Notes: a model not told the origin generated them from the sequence alone. A stretch of DNA of 63,893 nucleotides, filler included, from Squatina squatina (GCA_031763465.1; 4 parts of 4 records of this genome joined end to end with filler, not necessarily neighbours in it); one strand, 5' to 3'; positions 25,176-38,147 are shown, numbered from the whole stretch's first letter. Translations and numbers: made by a program.

Positions 25176-26820
25176 GGTGAGGTACTGAAGGGTCTGTCAG
25201 TGTGCCATAGGACTATACCACAGCAAGAGCCAGCCTCTTAGAAGAAGGGAAGAAAAATACAATAAGGCCAGTTCTGTTTGCACAATAAGGTACCTTGCTG
25301 ACATCACACTAAGTGCTACAAAAGGCACATTCATGGCAGCAACAGGCAAGACAATGGACCTGCCCGGGGACAATGGCCATATCTCAAACTACTCACTGTC
25401 TATTTCCTTATATCCTTGTAGTCATTGCGAACATGCACATATTGTTTACCACCTGTCAAACCCCAATCTGTGGGGTGGGCACTGGGCTACGAGTGCAATC
25501 ATGGGAGAGATTTCCCAACAGTGCTGTACTGCCAGCAGAAAGTCTCTTTGTTGTGGGCAGATTCACAGCTTTCTTTTTTTAAGAAACATATAAGTAACAG
25601 ATTTGAGCACCAAAGACAATTGGGCCACACATTGCCTAAACTGCAAGTTGGGCCAAAGAGTTGTCAAATGTACACAAGCAAGGCGAGTGAATGAGCATCA
25701 CAGAGGCTTCAGGGCATACGTGGCATCTTTTGAATGTCTTTTCCGGTTGACAGGAGATGCATCTCTGACCTCTCCTAACAGTTGACATCATGATGCATAC
25801 GCTGGTTGATTTATTTGGACCTTGAAGTCAAGTTGGCAGGGTTTACAGGGCAACCTCCCCTAAAGCCGAAACTCATGAATCGTTTCTTTGTGAGCTCAAC
25901 TAGGGCTACAACTTAACTGCTTTGCTGTCCTATTACAACCATAAAGTCTCGATACCTTCTAATTATATGCTCATTAGTTTTGCATGTAGCTTCAGGCTTA
26001 GATCAGTGTTATATGCCATTGTGGGAGACTGTGCTCTTCTTAAACCTAATGATCTCATTAGTGGCCTTGTGTTGACTACTGAGGAAATCTTGGGCCATGT
26101 TGGTCATGCAGGAAACAAATCATCAACGCAAATGAGAGACAAGACATACGCTGTGAATACTAATTACTGAAGTCTAAGCGAGGTATCGTTGACATGGTTT
26201 ATAGCATCTGAATCACTGACAGGCATTTTAGCATCAAAGAATAGGAGATTGTTTAGTGATAGGTCACTTTATGGGCTAACAGAATTTTCTCACAAAAAAC
26301 CCTTTGACTAGAATTGTAGCATATTGAACAATTTAAGAATCAGAATCTTCCATCTGTTTAACCCTGTGAGGATTGCAGTAGCCGTTCAGCACATGGAAAT
26401 ACAAGAAGATTATACTTCCTTTATTGAAATATTCTGTAAGCTTCGGATTCTATAAACTTCTACAATTCTGCTACATAATAATATCAAAAGATTGGAACCG
26501 GGAAAGGCCATTAAGGCCTTCCCTGATGTTTAGGAGCAGAATGCATTTGAACCATTTCCAGCTCACACCTGCATTAGCAGCAGCTCCCAATCCCTCTTGG
26601 ATAAAGAACCTTCTCATCTGTGCTTTGTTTGTGTTCCTTGTACAGTCTCTTCTGTAAGTGAACACCTCTTACCCCTCATCATTTGAAGAGCACGGAACTG
26701 CATTTTTACAAATAGCGGGAAACGATTAAAGTGCTAGCGATGTCTGACTTCAGGTTGAAGAAGTGAAACAGATAACAAGCACAACTTCACCCAGGTGGAA
26801 ACCTTTGTTGGAGAGAGAAC

Positions 26821-26970
26821 GGGGGTCATTTTGACTCTGGGTGATAGTGCACAACAGGTGATATCAGATCAGCTGGCTAGTATACAGATCTCCCAAAGTC
26901 AATGGAAGTGAAAATGAGGAGAGATGTATAACGGGCGGTTGATTCAATATCGCCCAATTTTACCCACTAT
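26821..26970. repeat. Imperfect palindromic (hairpin) repeat / MITE
   Basis: ggtgatatcagatcagctggctagtatacagatctccc pairs imperfectly with ggagagatgtataacgggcggttgattcaatatcgccc around an aaagtcaatggaa loop. Confidence 0.5.
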
Positions 26971-27034
26971 GGAATTATTTGAAATATCTAGGGATTTCTT
27001 TGCTGCTACATTATCAAGAGTGCTAAAACTTTAA

Positions 27035-27472
27035 GGGCACCCAATTGGTCTGCCCTAAGTTTGTTGCGCAAGAGGACCAAAATCTCTCATTTTAGCCGCC
27101 ATTTTGTTGAAAGCTGCTAAGTCGGAGAATTCGGGACTTTGACAAATTTTTTTGAACAGCTGAAAAACTGGTGCAAAAAATCAGCGCTATCAGCACTAAT
27201 GGAACTTAGTGGTGGCCAATTCGGCCGTTAACGGCCTAACAACGTTTTTCGGTGCAAACTTTTGCGCTCACCAATTCGGGCGCCCCGATCCCAGGTGCGA
27301 AAGGAGTGTTGGACCGGGAGCGATCGATGGTAGAGGGCGGGCGTGACATCATCATTGGGCGCAGCACCCAAGATGGCTGCCTGCCCAACAATTCAGCCGT
27401 GATTGTAGTCGGTAAGTTCAGCGGTGACAGCTCCCATTTGTTTGGGCGCTGTCACCCGATGGGGAGTAATGT
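27035..27472. mobile_element. GC-rich non-autonomous DNA transposon fragment (Harbinger-like)
   Basis: taa then gggcacccaattgg terminus; CpG-rich; related to 7290-7605. Confidence 0.5.
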
Positions 27473-28582
27473 NNNNNNNNNNNNNNNNNNNNNNNNNNNN
27501 NNNNNNNNNNNNNNNNNNNNNNNNNNNNNNNNNNNNNNNNNNNNNNNNNNNNNNNNNNNNNNNNNNNNNNNNTCTAAAGCGATACCAACAGAGGTCAGAA
27601 AGCAGCCCCTAGAAGTTGCAGCACAGATGGAGGCCATTTTGTCCACCAGTCCTTTGTCGGTGAATCGGTGCCACACAGGAGAATGCCCCATGAAGGAAAA
27701 GGACGGGAACCCAATAAACAACTAGACAAAATTTCCGATCAGGTTTGTGATTTTATTTTTTAAACAGATACCAGGAGGACACCACCTCTGGAACTGGTTG
27801 TTAAGTGTGTTGTCCTTGCTCCATTTCTTTGATCCCGGTTTCTATTCTAATTTGAGCACCTTATGTCAAAGCAGTAATGATTTATCCAAATCTAGCGTTA
27901 AGAATTTATGATGCTTATAGTAATTATTAGCTAGGATTTTGTTGGAAAGAAAGACTCTTCATTCTAAAAGGAGAAACTGCCGACCAAATGGAATTTGTGT
28001 GGCTCCACGGGGACGTTAGATGTATTCTCAGCCTGACTAATCATTAAAGATTATATCAATCTTCCCCAGAGAACGGTACTTTAAGTCTTCTCCAAGCATT
28101 TATGTATATAATTTCATGGCTGGGATGCTAATTGTATTTGTTTATGGGTGCAATATAGAGATGAGCGGGGNNNNNNNNNNNNNNNNNNNNNNNNNNNNNN
28201 NNNNNNNNNNNNNNNNNNNNNNNNNNNNNNNNNNNNNNNNNNNNNNNNNNNNNNNNNNNNNNNNNNNNNNCAACACCTTGACACTCGGGTTTAACCAAAC
28301 CTGGCCCATTTGAAAATGTGCGCGTGATATTTTTTTTCTAATGGTTACAGAAAAGACAAAATCTGACTTAATTACATGAAAGCGCTTTCTGCTTCTGCGG
28401 CACACAGTCACTTTGTAAAGGGGAGAAGGCAGGACAATACTGAAAGTTATGCATCAGTGCACATAAGGGTGTTCTTAAGCATAGGACTGAACTCCCTTTT
28501 CCTTCAGACGTTCTGTTATATCCAGTCTTTTGTTTCCAATTCCAAAAGGAACATTCAGGAGAATTAAGGCTGCCGCTGACTC

Positions 28583-28887
28583 TCACACGGCGGACGTAGC
28601 TGTGGGTTCACTGCTGAGGCTTTCAACGATGTCATCCCTTTTCAGTTTCCGTAGAGCGGTGCAAAGCTCGTCGGTGGTGGCAGAGTCCTTGGCCGCCCAG
28701 TCGGAGAGGAGGGCACGCACCGGGTGCTCCTCCTGCTTGAAAGTGTCTATGTGCTCCTCATTATACCCCAGCAACCCGGCCAGGTTGCACCATTCTGCCT
28801 CCTCCTCGCAACTGTTCAGCAGCTGCTCCACCTCCTCCTGTTTGTGGGGAGGGAGGGCGTTGTAAAGGCTTGGCTCTGCTCGTGCAG
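28583..28887 (-). CDS. NGFR: p75 neurotrophin receptor (TNFRSF16) family, last exon: death domain and PDZ-binding tail
   Basis: SLYNALPPHKQEEVEQLL...WCNLAGLLGYNEEHIDTFKQEEHPVRALLSDWAAKDSAT...DIVESLSSEPTATSAV*; tttgtag acceptor in phase 1, matching the upstream exon; which paralog is uncertain. Confidence 0.85.
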
Positions 28888-30139
28888 CTACAAACACAAG
28901 AGAGAGACACCGTTAGTTGGCACAGCAGTGGCAAGGAAAATACCTCAGCATATAAATTCAAGCACAGTGCAGTTGTTTAACAGCAGATGTGTCTGATGCA
29001 GGGGAAGGGGTTTGTCACTCCAAGTTGGACTTTGAATGTTTTGACTCCAGTTTTGAGCACTGGCGATTATAATGGGAAGATGGCAGACCAGAGTTACAAA
29101 CCAGCACTGGTGAGACAGATGAGTTGACATGCACACAGTTGTAACGACACGATGGGACTATCCAATAGCTCAGACATAAAGCCACCATCTCCGAGTCATT
29201 GAATCCAACCTCACATTTCCATGTGCCTCCATGGTCCGAGCAACCCTGGCCACCATGTTCTGCACTGAATTTGATCATCTCCAGCTGAACTTATTGTTAT
29301 AACTCTCAATCCCAAACCTATCCAGATACTCATCCAGCTACTTTTAAGATGCTAATCAATGCAGTGTTAACTGATTTTGGTGGGAGTCTACTCCACACAT
29401 TGATAATTCTGTGGTTTAAAAAAAAATCCTTCTAATAGAATGTCTTCCTTGAAAAATAAGTTTATACTCATGCCCTCTAGTTCTGAATTCACAGTCCAAG
29501 TAAAGTAACATCTCATATCTATTGTTCATTTATACCATCATCTGCTCTTCNNNNNNNNNNNNNNNNNNNNNNNNNNNNNNNNNNNNNNNNNNNNNNNNNN
29601 NNNNNNNNNNNNNNNNNNNNNNNNNNNNNNNNNNNNNNNNNNNNNNNNNNAAAAGTCATTCTTTGGCACGCTTTGACATTTATCAATTTTCCGAGCAACC
29701 AATACAAGAAATCCAAAGAGAATTGAGCGCTCACTGGCATTAACAACGCAAGAGATAAATTTTCAGCCTAAGTACAAAACATGATTTTCTGCTTTGTATT
29801 CACACTGTAACTAAAATTCTAAGTAGGAAAAATGCCACGGAGGGCAAGGTTAACAGTTTAAATATGTCTGGAGTTCTTGGTAGTAGAGTTGAATTAATCA
29901 GAATATCTGCACTGATGCCTGTTTCTTCCTCCAACCTTACAACTAAGCAAGAATGCTCTTTCAAAAAGCCAGCACAGGCACGATGGCCCGAATGGCCTCC
30001 TCTGTGCAGTAAATTTCTATGATTCTCTGTGGTCTCAGTAAAATAGGCATTTGGCAGACACTCTTTCACTACGTTCGTGATGATAATACTGCCATTAAAA
30101 TAATTTTTCTTTTATTCAGTACTGAACTCCAACACCCAC

Positions 30140-30330
30140 CTTGGTTCTGTTGTTGCTGTTGTTGTTGCTGTTGCTGCTGCTGCTGTTGCTGTTTCTGCTG
30201 TTGCTCCGGTACACTCTGACCGTCGACCGAGATTCCACAGTCACCTTGCAGTTTCTCCCCCTCTGGAGATGCCGTCTGGTTTACTGTCCTGTTATTCGCT
30301 CCCTGCTTGTTTTGCTTACAGCTGTTCCAT
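30140..30330 (-). CDS. NGFR: NGFR-family juxtamembrane (Chopper) exon with polyQ (absent from the ORF track)
   Basis: cttag acceptor, (R)WNSCKQNKQGANNRTVNQTASPEGEKLQGDCGISVDGQSVPEQQQK(Q15)NQ, gtgggt donor; 191 nt, splices in frame to 28887. Confidence 0.9.
30147..30203 (-). repeat. Mixed (CAG/CAA)n trinucleotide repeat, coding polyQ
   Basis: Q3-K-Q15 encoded by interspersed CAA and CAG codons. Confidence 0.9.
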
Positions 30331-30489
30331 CTAAGCGAAAAAAAATTAAGAATTGCGATGAGTTAAGGAACTTCAAATGGAGCTCAGTGTAGAAAAAGGG
30401 AAAGAGAGACAGACAGGTAACAGGGAGGGAAGTGCATAAGGGGTGGATTCTTCTAATGTAGGGAATCAAACACGGAACAAACTATAAGA

Positions 30490-30832
30490 GGCTCTGAAGC
30501 TACACCACCAAAGTAGTTCTAGGGAAAGTGCAGCAAAGATGAACCCAACCTAAGATCATTGAGCTTTGAAGATAGACTTCATACCTTGGGTTTGTATTCA
30601 ATGGTGAACATAGAATTAAAGGGGATCTGATTTGACAGTTTTGAATAATTAAAGGCATTGACAGTATGAAAGTTGTGTTTAAGGTGATGGAGCTGGGTAG
30701 GACTTGAGGATGCCCTGAGATATAAACTGAAAAAGCAGAAAGTGAGATTGGATGTTGAGAAGTTTTTTCTTTTCTCAACGGACGATCAACCTGTTGAACA
30801 GGATTCTGAAGGTGGGAGTGAGGGACAGGATT
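30490..30832 (+). mobile_element. Degenerate CR1 LINE 3' fragment
   Basis: aaagtgcagcaaaga, ttaaaggggatctgatt, LRSFFFSQRTINLLN. Confidence 0.65.
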
Positions 30833-30932
30833 NNNNNNNNNNNNNNNNNNNNNNNNNNNNNNNNNNNNNNNNNNNNNNNNNNNNNNNNNNNNNNNNNNNN
30901 NNNNNNNNNNNNNNNNNNNNNNNNNNNNNNNN

Positions 30933-31085
30933 CACAAATTTCTAGCCCCAAGCCTTTGCAGTATTTCCTCATAACTCAGACCTCTAACAGCAGGAATCAG
31001 TCTTGCGACTCCTCTTTGCAGTGAATCCAATGCTTGAATTTCCCTTGTATCTCAGTGACCAGAACTGGAGATAGTGCTCAAGGTA
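30933..31085 (-). mobile_element. CR1 LINE fragment
   Basis: LQRGVARLIPAVRGLSYEEILQRLG. Confidence 0.7.
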
Positions 31086-34000
31086 AAGTAGTTTTCCTGC
31101 AGTCTTATCCTTCAGATTGGCCCACCTATCTTCAATTTGCCAGTATGCTACAGGTAGTTGAAATACTATTGATTTTGTAGGACTATTTTACATTTCACCT
31201 AATTTTAACTAGTTTAATTAGTTATTGTACAATGAAAATAACCGATTATTTCATAGTCTATTAACTTCTTGACAGCACATTATAATTCTCAAGTTGCCAA
31301 ACTATCGAATACATTTTGTATGAGAATAATATTTCACAGATGGCTCTCACTGGGAAATGGACAATTATGAAATGCAGGATTTCCCGACAGGAGAATTTAT
31401 AGGTCCCTGTGAATAATTTGGAAACATTTCAGTCTCACAATGTATCTTCAGTGTTCGGATTATCTTTGAAGTTCAATGAACATCAGAAGCTAGCCTGACC
31501 TTCAGTGCAGTTTGTAGTCAGTATGACCCGTAGAGGTAACCCAACATTACCCTTCTACATTTTTTGACACAAGTGAGCCTTTCGCACCTGTTCATCCCAT
31601 TGTGAGGAATGTCACACAGGCAAACAGACCTTTCTGTGTCTTTTTGTGNNNNNNNNNNNNNNNNNNNNNNNNNNNNNNNNNNNNNNNNNNNNNNNNNNNN
31701 NNNNNNNNNNNNNNNNNNNNNNNNNNNNNNNNNNNNNNNNNNNNNNNNCCAAGCACAGAAAGATCCCCAAAAATATTATGATTTTAACCAAATTTTTACC
31801 ATCTGAGATTCCCATGGGGAGATAGCCAGTATCTTAAGGGGATGTCATATGGAAATGCAGGAGGACATTAAAATCTGCCCAGTAGATTTTTATGTGTATT
31901 CATAAACTGCTTCCTGTTTTTGTAGTTTACTGTTGAGCTTTTCGGCTGCCCATGAAGCTCTTCTGCGTTTTTGCTCTGACAGCTCCAACAAGCCAGAGTT
32001 TGAACAGGTTCTTAGACAGAGCTGTTTCAGCAAGCCTAAGCACTTCCACCACAAGGAAATCATTCTAGGAATAATTGACTTGTGTCTATTCCTGGAATGA
32101 TCTCCACAGGGTGGAGGTGCTTAGCCACAGTGCTTAGCGCTGCTGAATGAACAAAGATCACGTACCTCTGGAAAAAAAGAAGTCTGATTGAACCAATGGA
32201 GCTCACTGTCACATTGGTATTTCGCAGATTTATGAGTATCTTGACAAGCTGGTACAAAATGTCTGGTGTCCTGGACACAGTCCACACATGAATTTTGAGA
32301 TGGTTGAAGACAGCACTCAATGAATTCCAAATGCACTGAATCTACAGCCAGATTTTGATTGTAATATCATCATTTTCAAAGGTTCAAACAAATGGATGTC
32401 CATTTCAGTTCATTATGTAATTCATAAACCCTTATCAGAAACAGTGACTNNNNNNNNNNNNNNNNNNNNNNNNNNNNNNNNNNNNNNNNNNNNNNNNNNN
32501 NNNNNNNNNNNNNNNNNNNNNNNNNNNNNNNNNNNNNNNNNNNNNNNNNGTACCTTGAGAAATTTCAACCCCAAAGAGCCAAACATGGCCACATGGCACC
32601 ATTACAACCTGTAATTTCACTCTGAGTTAGTTGAGTTTTGAATTTTATATTAAGGTTTATTTTTGATGTTTGGTTACAGTATCGGTGTGTTGGGGGAGGT
32701 ACAGCATAGGTAAAAGTGTAATAAAGGTAATACCTCAGGTTGGATCTGTTGCATTGTATGATACGGGTAGTGTTTGGAACTGTTTATATTGCTAGATTAC
32801 CAAGGCATAAACTGGTTGTATATACCAAAGTGTTTTTATTGTCAGGCATCAGCAATAATTTATTTTCAAATAATTTAACCTGTACTGACAAGATGGAATC
32901 AATAACTGTTAGGGTTTTGGTAACCCTAACAGTTTGGTAACCTACCTGATGCACATGGTTCCTTCAGAATGGCTGTGATTGTAGAATCAATATATTGCTC
33001 TGCGGCTAATTACCGATATATTTTAGAATCCTGTCATTCTCTGTAACAGCAGTTGATTCTTGGAAGCTTCTCAAAGGCTGTTCAATAACCAGTTACATTT
33101 TCACCATTCCTCATTTCCTCTAAAGTACTTGGGTATGTTTGACTCAGCCTGAGTACCTGAAGCATAAAAAGAAATGGGCTGATGATGCATGCATATATTT
33201 CATTTATGGGTGGGTTTTTTAAGTTTAATCGCTGCTATAATTCACAGATCTTGCACTGCAGCACAAGTGAATTGATGGTAAATTACTTGCAGTTTAAAAG
33301 TCATTTTAAAATGATCTCTTTTCAAATGTGAAGTGGATTAATTACAGTGTTAGAATAATGTTTCAGAGCTATTTGGAAAGCAGGACTTTTTCTCTTGTCC
33401 TCCTTTCCTCTTCAAAGCNNNNNNNNNNNNNNNNNNNNNNNNNNNNNNNNNNNNNNNNNNNNNNNNNNNNNNNNNNNNNNNNNNNNNNNNNNNNNNNNNN
33501 NNNNNNNNNNNNNNNNNNTACACTGAAAATGACTTGCCCAAATAAAAGAACATATCACAGGATTTTGCATAATTTTTTAATGAGAAATCTGTCCATTAGT
33601 GAGTCAGACGTACGCTGCAGGCACAATAGGAAGAGGAAAAAAAAATGTCACTATCCATTTAGAGAATAATTGCAAAGTTATGAGCTGCAGTTCTCCAAAA
33701 TGCAGATTAGTATTACTCAGGACTCCTGCTGAAATGCATTTATAAATAAATGATTGATATATATCTTTGTTTTAACAGGATAGCTTTTGCCTTTACAGAA
33801 TCAGTCACTGTGTTGCAAAAAGGGGTTCCTTTTCTTCTTATTACTGCTGTACAAATCAACTCACCAGGAGTATAAAGGTTAGTTTTGTCTCAATTTATCG
33901 GTGTCGAAGTGACTATTAATTTTAACTGGAGGCATCGCGAATGGGAATAGCATGTACAACATGTGAATGAATCAGAAAATGTGCTGATCTACCGATCAAG

Positions 34001-34135
34001 GGTCTGTGAGTGTTACGACTTTCAGTGATATAATGNNNNNNNNNNNNNNNNNNNNNNNNNNNNNNNNNNNNNNNNNNNNNNNNNNNNNNNNNNNNNNNNN
34101 NNNNNNNNNNNNNNNNNNNNNNNNNNNNNNNNNNN

Positions 34136-34365
34136 ACTTTAAATGCGTTGTAGTTGGCTTCTTCGACCACACGACCAGGGAGCGAGTTCCAAGGCGAGAT
34201 GCATCGTACACTGAAAAACCTTTGTCTAATGTCCGTTTCAGTCCGAACGTGACTGATCCTGAACCTGTGACCTCTAGTTCTACTCCGACAGTTTAATTTA
34301 AAATACGAATCCAAATTAATTTTTTCTATACTCTTAAAAATTTTAAGTACCTCTGTAAAGAATGC
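34136..34365 (-). mobile_element. CR1 LINE 3' fragment
   Basis: SRTRGHRFRI...RQRFFSVRCISPWNSLPGRVVEEANYNAFK. Confidence 0.85.
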
Positions 34366-34879
34366 ATCTACAATTCAACTATACATAGTACAGAAAAAAC
34401 CTTCTAGTCTAGATTTAGAAAAAATATTTTTTCGATTCTTAGCCAGTAAATTCAGTGCTACGCCTCAAAGACATACATCCCACATCTGATGGAGGAAAAA
34501 ACAATGCACTATCCAAGTATACATAACTACATACCACTCTGCAGCCCAACTACCCACCCTCAGTTAATAAGATTTCCTTGCGAGGGCAACAGATAATAAG
34601 CTGGACTTGAAATAGGATTAGAAAGCAAAATGCTTAAAGAAGTTGTTTTGCAAATCAAAGTTAATGTACCCAATATACCAGGGACCATGGTCTTTACAAG
34701 AAAGAATCATAGTTCACTCAGTTAGAGTGATGTATTTTATTCAAACCACCTGTCCTAATGTGGATCTTCTGTGCAATATTTTCTTAAATGAAAAATCACA
34801 AGACCTATTAAAGATTAAAAGTTCACATCAATGGTAATTGAGTATTCTTAAACCACATTTGAAAAATGGTACTTAGAAA

Positions 34880-35225
34880 AGGACGCTTTGAGGAAGTTAC
34901 AGATATGGTGGGTGGAGAAAATGCAGTAGATGTAGGGTCCATGGACTTTCAGAAAGCCTTTGACAAGGTACTTCACAGGAGACTATTGGAGAAGATTAAG
35001 GGATGTGGATTAGGTGGAGTGTAGCAAATTGGATTAATAACTGGTTAGAAGGGAGGCAACAGAGAGCAGAAGTTATGGGTAGTTTCTCAGTGGTTGGTGG
35101 TATCCCACAAGGTTTTGTTCTGGGCCTGCTTCTGTTTACTGTGTACATCAGTGAATTGCATATAGTGCTAAAGGGAGTGGTGTTCTTATGACAGTTGTAG
35201 AGGATAGTAAAATGGGAGGTAATAA
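34880..35225 (+). mobile_element. CR1 LINE RT fragment
   Basis: DFQKAFDKV.H.RLL, WINNWLEGRQQR, GIPQGFVLGLLLFTVYI. Confidence 0.85.
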
Positions 35226-36304
35226 TTATACATTGTAATTTAACAATGCCCATTGCTTTTATTGCAACGAAAGCCTTCAGAAGCCCGCTTTCACGAAACA
35301 ATTGCTGCAATATTAGAAATTGAACAGTGCCAAAGTTCCACCTCACATTTGACAAACCAGGCATATTTCTAAATGTGTGGTTATTTAGTACGGCTTTCTC
35401 GGATTGTCGATTAAACTGCCTTGTTCCCCAAACAAAAAAGCAAGAAAATGCCATGGAAGATGACTCAGTCGCTAACTATATAAAAACACTGGAACTGTTT
35501 TAAGAGACAAACACACTCAGTTATGAATCAATTGTAGGCAGGTCAGCAGATTGATTTTTATGGCTGTGCGGCATCTCAGAGCTTCANNNNNNNNNNNNNN
35601 NNNNNNNNNNNNNNNNNNNNNNNNNNNNNNNNNNNNNNNNNNNNNNNNNNNNNNNNNNNNNNNNNNNNNNNNNNNNNNNNNNNNNNTTGTGCCCAAACAT
35701 GCCATGTTATTTAAGAAGCATTTAAATGTCGCGTGGATCAAGTACTGTAAAATGTCTCTACAGATTAGCTTTCAATCCATACATAATGATGCTGATTCAG
35801 TGACGTCCTAACTTTTATTTCCCTAGTTGATGCTGGACACAGAGCAGTGATATTTGATCGATTTCGTGGTGTTCAAGATTTAGTTAGTGGAGAAGGCACA
35901 CACTTCCTTATTCCATGGATACAAAGACCAATCATCTTTGACTGCCGATCACGGCCACGGAATGTTCCCGTTATCACGGGTAGTAAAGGTGAGTATAGAA
36001 AGTGATTTGATTATTATCGCTGTAATAGAACTAGTACATTATTTAATATGTTATTCAGTTAGATACTAGGCTTAGTAGTGACATTCTCTGAAGATGTTGG
36101 AAAGGCTGATCTGCAATTGAATTTGTAGGGTATGGTCAACATGTTGATTTTGTAGATCATAAGAGGTAATCACAGCTCTCCATATCTAATTAGAAATGAT
36201 GGATGCTGGCAATGGAGTACAAAAATGAATCAACTTATACATGCTACCTACTATGAAAAGTTACTGAAGTTCATGATTTGTAATGAAGTGCCGACTGAAA
36301 CTTT

Positions 36305-36430
36305 GCATAAGAACATAATTAGGAGCAGGAGGAGGCCATTCGGCCCTTTGAGCCTGCTCCGCCATTCAGTAAGATCATGGCTGATCTTCTACCACTTTCC
36401 TGTACTCTCCCCATATCCCTTAATATATCC
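36305..36430 (-). mobile_element. CR1/HE1-type 3' tail
   Basis: cataagaacata..aggagcaggaggaggccattcggccctttgagcctgctccgccattca is the reverse complement of the 1-60 motif. Confidence 0.75.
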
Positions 36431-36779
36431 AACTCGAGTCCAAAGGTACTTGGAGTGGGAGATGCAACTTTTTGCTGTTGTGCCCAAGATATACTTGGAC
36501 AAAAAAGCACTGCCTATGTGAGGTCTTTGTTTTGCCATTCACACCAAGACAGCAATATAAATTCTATAGCTTGCAAAAGATAGAAGCATCCTACCAATCT
36601 TGGTGTGTTTGAGACTTTCCCACTATCATGTCCTGGTTTTCCAGAAGAGTGACTAAATAAAATCTAATTAAATGAATGCAATACACAGATACTAAGAGAG
36701 CTAGAAACTAGCAATTTGAAATAGTAATTAATAGTGATGGAATAGGTTGATTTCTACTTAAATCCATTACAAGAAGTGT

Positions 36780-37355
36780 CTTGGACAGACTGGTAAATGG
36801 GCAGGCGCATGCCAGTTGAAATTTTAATAGAGAAATGTGAATGATGCATTTTGGAGGGAAAAATGAGAGCTAATATAAATTAAATGGTACAATTTTAAGG
36901 GGGTTCAGGCACAGAGACCTGAGGGTTCACATACACAAATCTTTAAAGGTATCAGGGCCAGTTGGTAAAGTTGTTTAAAAAAGCATACAGTATCCGTGGT
37001 TTTATAAATAGAGGCATGGAGTGCAAAAGCAAGGACATTATTGTAAACCTGGTTAAGCTTAAGCTAGAATATTCTGTTCTGAGCACCACACTAAGGAAGG
37101 ATGTCCAGGCCTTAGAGAGGTTTCAGAGGAGACTTAGCAGGATCATGCCAGGGATGAGGGACTTCAGTTATGTAGAGGGATGAGAGAACCTGGAATTGCT
37201 CTCCTTGGAGCAGAGAAGGTTAAGGGGAGATTTATTAGAGGTGTTTAAAATTGAGGAGTTTTGATAAGCGTAAATAGCGAGGACTGTTTCTACTTGTAGG
37301 AGGGTCAGTAACCAAAGAACACAGATTTAAGGTAATTGGCAAAAAATCCGTGGGG
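36780..37355 (+). mobile_element. CR1 LINE ORF2 3' fragment
   Basis: GFINRGMECKSKD...LEYSV...RKDVQALERFQRRLSRIMPGMRDFSY; gagcagagaaggttaaggggagattta. Confidence 0.9.
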
Positions 37356-37455
37356 NNNNNNNNNNNNNNNNNNNNNNNNNNNNNNNNNNNNNNNNNNNNT
37401 TAATTAATTAANNNNNNNNNNNNNNNNNNNNNNNNNNNNNNNNNNNNNNNNNNNN
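37356..37455. other. Artificial scaffold-join spacer
   Basis: TTAATTAATTAA at 37400-37411 inside Ns. Confidence 0.95.
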
Positions 37456-37961
37456 TTCTTTGATTAACAAAATGGGCTACCTACTCATAAAATATATTAG
37501 CCCTCCAACAGAACAGGTATCAGCCTATCAAGTTCCCACAAACAAACTTATTCAGTCATTTTCCTCTCCCATCTCCACAGCCAATAATGATCTTCACGAA
37601 TGACACACAGGTATTAGAACATTTTACAGCATGTTTTTGGTGTATGCATGTTAAAAGTTCCACTGCTAGGACAATACAATTAGTAAAACTAATCTCAATA
37701 GATAAAACAATTACATACTTCTAACTTAAAAAAACACAGGCACTCAGTGAAGCTTCTAAAATGTATATTTCCCAGCCTTTGGCTCGGTTAGTGGCATATT
37801 GTCTTGATTCACCACAAGAAATAGGCATTTCAAAATCCTGTCATTCTGCTCGAAAAGGTAGATAGGGTTAAAATAAATTCACAATTTTACATAAAAATGT
37901 GATTAAATAAGAATTTATATTATAGAAGCGTATTAAATTAGAATTTTACAACCCTTCGTAC

Positions 37962-38147
37962 CTTTTTGACCTCACATTTAATGGCCAATTTTAGCCGACT
38001 AAGGCTCGGTCGAAAATGAGGGTTACTGCTGGGATTGGTCTCCACAGTCCCATTCAAAATAGCTTCTACTTCTTCAGTAATCCGGCACAAGTCTAGAAGT
38101 CCAACAACAAAATCTTTGCATTGCATAGATAATTTTTTGTAATTGTT
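37962..38147 (-). CDS. TRPC6: TRPC6-like channel, exon following the large ankyrin exon
   Basis: [33 protein letters not shown]...[17 protein letters not shown]; YKKL and GLLDL are TRPC6-type (TRPC3/7 have YRKL and GVLDL); ttccag acceptor, gtacg donor. Confidence 0.75.

Noticed and set aside
26520-26660. Possible signal-peptide first exon (…NLLICALFVFLVQSL followed by gtaagt)
   Set aside because: No recognisable homology or downstream exon; cannot be supported from sequence alone
30019-30392. Plus-strand poly-Cys and poly-Leu ORFs (metallothionein-like or signal peptide-like)
   Set aside because: Antisense shadows of the NGFR polyQ exon
30490-31085. Inverted pair of CR1 fragments as a functional foldback
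   Set aside because: Separated by an unsized gap, and the copies are divergent; adjacency is not established
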